Source: Candidatus Omnitrophota bacterium (lineage in GTDB: Bacteria; Omnitrophota; Gorgyraeia; Gygaellales; JBFMHM01). Taken from it: a DNA stretch of 64,000 bases. Position numbers and translations under genes: made by a program. Location of the stretch: positions 8,193-72,192 of the forward strand of contig JBFMHM010000001.1 of assembly GCA_040753015.1 (NCBI GenBank), given 5' to 3'. Positions 58,504 through 64,000 of the stretch are shown here, in pieces. The notes below the pieces were generated by a model. That model ran no database searches and was not told the origin of the DNA. It saw only the letters and a list, made by a program, of their open reading frames with translations. Every line of letters starts with the position of its first letter. Positions within the stretch are counted from its first letter, which is position 1.

Positions 58504-58965
58504 ATGAAAAAAATATTAGTAATTCATGGGCCTAATTTAGATTTATTAGGAATAAGAGAGCCAGAAGTTTATGGCAAGCTTACGCTTAACGAAATTAATT
58601 CTAAGCTCAAATTAATAGCAAAACAAAAAAAAATTGGATTAAAGATTATTCAATCAAACCACGAAGGAGATATTGTTGATTTAATCGGCAAGGCGAAAAA
58701 TACATTTGGTGCAATACTAATAAATCCTGCCGCCTACACACACACATCCGTTGCAATAAGAGATGCGATTGCCGCATGCGGTATTCCTACGGTTGAGGTA
58801 CATCTGTCTAATATCTATGCCAGAGAGGAATTTCGCCATACTTCGCTAATTTCCGCTGTCAGCTCTGGCCAAATATGCGGCTTTGGCTTACTTAGTTACA
58901 CATTAGGCCTCGAAGCTGCTATATCACTTGTAAATTATGAAAGACCTACTAAAAGAAATCCTTAA
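58504..58965 (+). CDS. aroQ: type II 3-dehydroquinate dehydratase
   Basis: The sequence [21 protein letters not shown]...HEGDIVDLI...[12 protein letters not shown] is the AroQ signature. Confidence 0.92.
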   Translation: MKKILVIHGPNLDLLGIREPEVYGKLTLNEINSKLKLIAKQKKIGLKIIQSNHEGDIVDLIGKAKNTFGAILINPAAYTHTSVAIRDAIAACGIPTVEVHLSNIYAREEFRHTSLISAVSSGQICGFGLLSYTLGLEAAISLVNYERPTKRNP

Positions 58966-60004
58966 GCTTTTAGATAAAAATAATATCGATTCTTTAATAA
59001 TAAAACATCCTGCGAACGTTTCTTATTTATCCGGATTTAACGCAAGAGAAGCGGTTATACTTGTATCTCATAAACAATCTTTTTTTATTACTGATTTCCG
59101 TTACTTAGGCGAAGCAAAAATTTATCTTAAAAATAAAAATTTAAAGATTGAATGTGTTACTAAAAATAATTCTCTGGGCTTAGTAACAGATCTAATAAAA
59201 AAATTGAGATTAAAAAGAATAGGGTTTGAAGCACAAAAAATAAATTTTGTAGAATATAAATATTTACTAAAAAACTCTTGTGGTTTTTTTAAAATTATAC
59301 CCACTTTTAATCTTGTTGAAATTCTAAGAGTAAAAAAATCAGAATGTGAAATAAGTAAAATAAAAACTAGTGTATTAAAATTAGTAAATATTTTTAAAGA
59401 TATAAAAAATATTTTACGGCCGCAGATTACAGAAATAGAACTTGCTGCAGAAATTGAAAAAATGATTAGGAATATTTCTACAAGGCCGCCTGCATTCGAG
59501 CCAATTATAGCTTCAGGCCTACAATCAAGCCTTCCGCATGCAATAAGTACAAAAAATAAAATAAATAAAACATCCCCAATATTAGTTGATATCGGCTTAG
59601 ATTTATCAGGTTATAAATCCGACTTGACAAGGGTGTTTTTTTTAAGTAAAATAAGCCGTAAAATTAGTAAAATTTATGATATTGTAAAATTTGCTCAAGA
59701 AAAAGCTATAGAAAACATAAAACCGGGCGTAAGCTGTAATTATATTGATAGAATTGCGCGCAATATTATTGAAAACAAAGGATTTGGAAAATTTTTCGGG
59801 CATTCATTAGGCCATGGCATAGGCCTTGAGGTACATGAAAATCCAAGCATTAATCCAATAAATACGCAACCTCTAGAAGAAGGCATGGTTATAACTATTG
59901 AACCGGCGATATATTTACCGGGTGAATTTGGTATAAGGTTAGAAGACATGGTTCTAGTAACAAAAACAAACTACGAGGTGTTAAGTGGCTCTCTCTCCAA
60001 ATGA
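58937..60004 (+). CDS. pepP: M24-family Xaa-Pro aminopeptidase/dipeptidase
   Basis: The sequence [16 protein letters not shown]...[13 protein letters not shown] shows the pita-bread-fold metal ligands. It lies upstream of efp, as in many bacteria. Confidence 0.85.
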   Translation: MKDLLKEILKLLDKNNIDSLIIKHPANVSYLSGFNAREAVILVSHKQSFFITDFRYLGEAKIYLKNKNLKIECVTKNNSLGLVTDLIKKLRLKRIGFEAQKINFVEYKYLLKNSCGFFKIIPTFNLVEILRVKKSECEISKIKTSVLKLVNIFKDIKNILRPQITEIELAAEIEKMIRNISTRPPAFEPIIASGLQSSLPHAISTKNKINKTSPILVDIGLDLSGYKSDLTRVFFLSKISRKISKIYDIVKFAQEKAIENIKPGVSCNYIDRIARNIIENKGFGKFFGHSLGHGIGLEVHENPSINPINTQPLEEGMVITIEPAIYLPGEFGIRLEDMVLVTKTNYEVLSGSLSK

Positions 60005-60542
60005 ATTAAAAGCAGGATTAACGGTCCTAGTTAATAATATAGTTTATCTTATCTTAAGTGTTGACCACGTAAAACCCGGTAAGGGCGCAGCTTTCTCTCG
60101 GGCTAAACTGCGTGATTTAAAAACCGGCAATGTACTTGAGAAAACATTTAGAAATGAACAAATTCAGGAAGCATTTGTCGAAAAAAAACCTTCTCAATTT
60201 ACTTATAAATCCGGAGACGATTATCACTTTATGGATCAGGAAACCTTTGAAGAAATTATTATATCTAAAGAACAATTAGCTGATAATGTAAAATTCTTAA
60301 AAGATAATCTTGTAATCGATATCTTATGCTACAAAGATGAAATCTTAAATATAAACTTGCCTAATTTTATAGAGTTTAAAGTTATTGCTACTGAACCCGG
60401 AATAAAAGGCGACACTGCAAAATCTTCCGGAAAGCCTGCGACAATTGAAACAGGTGCAGAAATACAAGTACCTTTATTTATAAATATAGGTGATATTATA
60501 AAAATAGACACGAGAACTGGAGAATATTTAGGTAGAGTCTAA
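59985..60542 (+). CDS. efp: elongation factor P
   Basis: The KPGKGAAFSRAKLRDLKTGNVLEKTF loop region is present and the gene is 185 aa. Confidence 0.92.
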   Translation: MALSPNELKAGLTVLVNNIVYLILSVDHVKPGKGAAFSRAKLRDLKTGNVLEKTFRNEQIQEAFVEKKPSQFTYKSGDDYHFMDQETFEEIIISKEQLADNVKFLKDNLVIDILCYKDEILNINLPNFIEFKVIATEPGIKGDTAKSSGKPATIETGAEIQVPLFINIGDIIKIDTRTGEYLGRV

Positions 60543-60557
60543 TAGCGAAAGGGTATT

Positions 60558-61010
60558 ATGAATATAAAAGAAATTAAAGAAATGATAAACCTGATGAATG
60601 AAAATAATCTTAACGAACTTGAAATTGAAAAAGAAGGAACCCGTATAAAGCTAAAACGAGGCAATGCGCAAGAAATACAAAATCCGGCACCGGTTATCAT
60701 TGAAAAAACAACACCGTTAATTAATCAACCAACAACTACACAAAAAACACAAGAAACCCTAAAAACAAATACTGTAGAAATAAAAGCGCCAATGGTAGGG
60801 ACTTTCTATCGCGCGCCCAGCCCAGAAGCGCAACCATTTGTAGAAATTGGACAAGTTGTCTCTCCTAAAGATACAGTATGTATAATTGAAGCAATGAAAT
60901 TGATGAATGAAATCAAAGCTGAAATTAAAGGAAAGATTGTCGAAATATTGATCGAGAATGCACAGCCTATCGAATTTGGCCAACCGTTATTTATAATTGA
61001 ACCTGCCTAA
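60558..61010 (+). CDS. accB: acetyl-CoA carboxylase biotin carboxyl carrier protein
   Basis: The C-terminal biotinyl domain is present, with EAMKLMNEI carrying the biotinylated Lys in the AMKM-type motif. Confidence 0.9.
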   Translation: MNIKEIKEMINLMNENNLNELEIEKEGTRIKLKRGNAQEIQNPAPVIIEKTTPLINQPTTTQKTQETLKTNTVEIKAPMVGTFYRAPSPEAQPFVEIGQVVSPKDTVCIIEAMKLMNEIKAEIKGKIVEILIENAQPIEFGQPLFIIEPA

Positions 61011-62379
61011 GATGTTTTCAAAAATTCTAATTGCAAACCGCGGTGAAATAGCAGTCCGTATAATTCGCGCCTGCAAAGAAATGGGAATTAAAACTGTTGT
61101 GGTTTACTCTGAAGCAGACCGAAAAAGTATGCACGTACGGCTTGCCGACGAAGCAATTTGTATCGGACCAGCATCTTCGACAGCAAGTTACTTAAATATA
61201 CCAGCGATAATAAGTGCGGCTGAAATAACTGATGTTGAAGCAATACACCCCGGATATGGATTCTTAGCAGAAAACGCTCACTTTGCAGAAATTTGCGAAT
61301 CTTGCCATATCTTCTTTATCGGGCCAACACCTCAAAATATAAAATTAATGGGTGATAAGATGGCTGCTCGCACGCATATGCAGAAAATAAAAGTCCCTGT
61401 CGTACCAGGAAGCCAAGATATAATAAAAACAAAAGAAGAAGCATTAAAAATTGCAAATAAAATTAAGTTTCCTGTTATCATCAAAGCGGCCGCTGGCGGC
61501 GGAGGTAAAGGAATGCGCATTGCTCACAATGAAATTAGTTTAATAAATTCATTTATGACAGCGCAGGCAGAAGCTGAAGCAAGTTTTAAAAATTCAAATG
61601 TCTATATAGAAAAATATCTCGAGGAACCGCGCCATATAGAAGTACAAATACTCGCTGATAAATTTGGTAATACAATTTATCTTGGTGAAAGAGAATGTTC
61701 AATTCAAAGACGGCATCAAAAATTATTAGAGGAAGCACCATCAAGCACAGTTGACAATAAATTACGAAAAAAATTAGGAGAACTCGCTGTTAAAGCTGCT
61801 AAATCTATCAATTATGTGAGTGCTGGAACAATCGAATTCCTGCTTGAGAAAAACCATAATATTTATTTCATGGAAATGAATACACGTATACAGGTAGAAC
61901 ATCCGGTAACTGAAATGGTTACTGGCATTGACATTTTAAAAGAACAAATTAAAATAGCCGCTGGCTTGAAATTAAAAATCCAACAGCAAGATGTGCGTAT
62001 TCACGGTGCGGCAATTGAGTGCCGTATAAATGCTGAAGATTATGAAAAAGGTTTTTTGCCCTGCCCGGGAAAAATTGATTTTATTAACCTGCCTTCAGGG
62101 CCGGGGATACGAGTAGATACCCACGTATACCAAGGATATGAAATAAGCCCCTATTACGATTCTTTGATTGCAAAAATAATAAGCTATGGCAAGAATCGTC
62201 ATGAAGCAATTGCTATTATGAAAAGGGCATTAGATGAGCTTTTTATTGAGCCAATAAAAACCAGTGCTGGTTTTCATAAAATTATCCTCGAAAATCCTTT
62301 ATTTCTAGAGGGTAAATTTTCTACTTCGTTTGTACAAAAATTACTGGAAAAAACTGAAAATGAGGAAAAAAATAAATGA
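60997..62379 (+). CDS. accC: acetyl-CoA carboxylase biotin carboxylase subunit
   Basis: The N-terminus [18 protein letters not shown], an ATP-grasp domain and [14 protein letters not shown] are present. The gene is 460 aa. Confidence 0.95.
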   Translation: MNLPKMFSKILIANRGEIAVRIIRACKEMGIKTVVVYSEADRKSMHVRLADEAICIGPASSTASYLNIPAIISAAEITDVEAIHPGYGFLAENAHFAEICESCHIFFIGPTPQNIKLMGDKMAARTHMQKIKVPVVPGSQDIIKTKEEALKIANKIKFPVIIKAAAGGGGKGMRIAHNEISLINSFMTAQAEAEASFKNSNVYIEKYLEEPRHIEVQILADKFGNTIYLGERECSIQRRHQKLLEEAPSSTVDNKLRKKLGELAVKAAKSINYVSAGTIEFLLEKNHNIYFMEMNTRIQVEHPVTEMVTGIDILKEQIKIAAGLKLKIQQQDVRIHGAAIECRINAEDYEKGFLPCPGKIDFINLPSGPGIRVDTHVYQGYEISPYYDSLIAKIISYGKNRHEAIAIMKRALDELFIEPIKTSAGFHKIILENPLFLEGKFSTSFVQKLLEKTENEEKNK

Positions 62380-62735
62380 AAGATAAGAATCAAACAGATC
62401 TGGGAGCAATAAAAATTCATAAACAAGTAATCGCATCAGTGGCAAAACATGCCGCCCTTGAAGTAGAAGGCGTAAAAACTGTTGGTAAAAAATTTGAAAT
62501 GTTTATTCACGAAATCTTAGGAATAGAAAAAATATTGTCCGGAATAAAAATAGATATCGAAAAAAACGAAGATGTAAAAATTGAAATCGGCATCATTGTA
62601 AAGTATGGCCACAAGGTTTCAGAAGTCGCCTCAAATGTACAAGATAATATCTTGAAGATGGCAGAAAAAATGCTCGATATAAATTTAAAAGAAGTAAATG
62701 TTAATATTTTGGGTATAGAAAAGGAGGATAAATGA
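62376..62735 (+). CDS. Asp23/Gls24 family (alkaline shock protein)
   Basis: The N-terminus [22 protein letters not shown] is typical of Asp23. Confidence 0.8.
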   Translation: MKDKNQTDLGAIKIHKQVIASVAKHAALEVEGVKTVGKKFEMFIHEILGIEKILSGIKIDIEKNEDVKIEIGIIVKYGHKVSEVASNVQDNILKMAEKMLDINLKEVNVNILGIEKEDK

Positions 62736-63331
62736 GATTATTTTCTGTTTTAGGCGTAATATTTTATACCACTGTACTTTTAATTTTAGGCAGTTTTATG
62801 ATTATACTGGCACTACAAGTCATTACGCCTTCGGATGTTCTCGTATTTCTACAACAAGTATATCAAAATATTAACTCAAGGTTGATCTTTGGATTAGCTG
62901 GATTATTAATTATGCTTATAAGTATATCTTTTGCTCAAATAATTTTGGGTAAAATGCAAAGAGAAAAAACTATAGGTTTTCCTACACCTTCTGGCAAAGT
63001 TATAATAAGCTTATCGGCAATAGAAGATTTAATTAAAAAAATGCTTGTACGGATTCCTGAAATAAAAGAAAGCCGCCCTGACATTATTGCACATAAAAAA
63101 CGGTTAGATGTAAATTTAAGGCTCGTATTAAATTCTGAAACTAATATAAGCGAACTAACCACAAGACTACAAACTATGATTATAGAAAAAATACAACAAG
63201 TATTAAGCGTGGATGAGGAAATTATGGTAAAAATCCATGTTGCAAAAATTGTTGCCAAGGATTTTAAGCATGGTAAAAAAAATGAAAGCGAAGAAGAACA
63301 AATTCCCTTCCCTGATACTTTTAGAAAATGA
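62732..63331 (+). CDS. membrane anchor protein (AmaP-like) co-operonic with Asp23
   Basis: Two N-terminal transmembrane helices. An Asp23-adjacent position of this kind is typical of AmaP. Confidence 0.5.
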   Translation: MRLFSVLGVIFYTTVLLILGSFMIILALQVITPSDVLVFLQQVYQNINSRLIFGLAGLLIMLISISFAQIILGKMQREKTIGFPTPSGKVIISLSAIEDLIKKMLVRIPEIKESRPDIIAHKKRLDVNLRLVLNSETNISELTTRLQTMIIEKIQQVLSVDEEIMVKIHVAKIVAKDFKHGKKNESEEEQIPFPDTFRK

Positions 63332-63894
63332 AAGATAACATAATAAGAATTTTGGAAGAAAGCATTGAGGTCAAAAAAAAGGTCATTGAAACTCAATTAG
63401 AAAACATAATTAAAGCTGTTAATACTATCAGTGATTGCTTTAAGAATAAAGGTAAAATAATTTTATTCGGTAACGGCGGCTCAGCCGCAGACTGTCAACA
63501 TATAGCTGCAGAATTAGTCGGGCGCTTTAAAAAAGAAAGGCGGGCATATCCAGCAACTGCATTAACAACTGATAGTTCTATTTTAACAGCTATAGGAAAC
63601 GATTATAATTTTAATAATATATTTTCAAGGCAAATCGAGGCCTTAGGCAATAGAGGCGATGTAGCAATAGGAATATCTACGAGTGGCAACTCCCAAAATA
63701 TCATTGAAGCAATTATTACAGCAAATAATAAAGGGTTAAAAACTATCACATTAACCGGTAACGGTGGGGGTAAACTTAAAACATTATCCAATATCTCAAT
63801 TGAGGTTCCTTCAACAAACACACCAAGAATTCAAGAAACCCATATAGCAATTGCCCATATAATCTGCGAATTAGTTGAAAATACGCTAACATAA
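63328..63894 (+). CDS. gmhA: D-sedoheptulose 7-phosphate isomerase (SIS domain)
   Basis: The sequence ILFGNGGSAADCQHIAAEL...ISTSGNSQNI is the GmhA SIS signature. Confidence 0.85.
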   Translation: MKDNIIRILEESIEVKKKVIETQLENIIKAVNTISDCFKNKGKIILFGNGGSAADCQHIAAELVGRFKKERRAYPATALTTDSSILTAIGNDYNFNNIFSRQIEALGNRGDVAIGISTSGNSQNIIEAIITANNKGLKTITLTGNGGGKLKTLSNISIEVPSTNTPRIQETHIAIAHIICELVENTLT

Positions 63895-64000
63895 TTTTCT
63901 TAAAAAATATGATAAATAATAAGATTAAAAGTCTTGGTGCTTTACTAAAAGTTATAAAAAAATTAAAAGCTAATAATTCTGCCAAAATTGTTTTTACTAA

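Overview
Single-contig window from a low-GC bacterium (about 33% GC judged by eye, not computed). Every credible gene is on the + strand. The content is mostly core housekeeping: gatB, ctpA, tsaD, tilS-ftsH-folP-cdaA, pdxJ-acpS-nnrD, gpsA, the hom-thrC-[apgM-like]-lysC threonine operon, cimA, valS, nadC, uvrB, coaX, cspA, CIRCE-groESL, rpsU, aroQ-pepP-efp-accBC, asp23 and gmhA. There are five tRNAs: Met/Ile2-CAT, Thr-TGT, Tyr-GTA, Gly-TCC and Pro-GGG. A partial Wood-Ljungdahl corrinoid module (acsC-RACo-acsD-acsE) has no CODH/ACS gene nearby.

The unusual features are these:
- Directly downstream of groESL sits a self-regulated operon encoding a full-length LexA fused in frame to a beta-class DNA methyltransferase, translationally coupled to an HNH endonuclease. 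Its promoter carries a textbook CTGT-N8-ACAG LexA box. This is an apparently SOS-wired restriction-modification-like system.
- Two tandem paralogous structured RNA elements lie immediately upstream of that operon. Their helices differ by compensatory base changes, and each ends in an intrinsic terminator.
- An ORF-free locus of about 300 nt upstream of uvrB has a near-consensus promoter and an intrinsic terminator, and I read it as a candidate ncRNA.
- A 3035-aa secreted giant protein carries HEAT/PBS-lyase-type repeats at both ends and near-identical internal DNA repeats.
- A bactofilin fused to an excisionase-type helix-turn-helix (HTH) domain is followed by a second small HTH protein.
- A higBA-type toxin-antitoxin pair has an operator palindrome embedded in a consensus promoter.
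- A small defence-like gene cluster sits downstream of the LexA-MTase operon (membrane protein, secreted HKD nuclease, and a nucleotidyltransferase with a small partner ORF).

No CRISPR array, transposase or integrase was seen.
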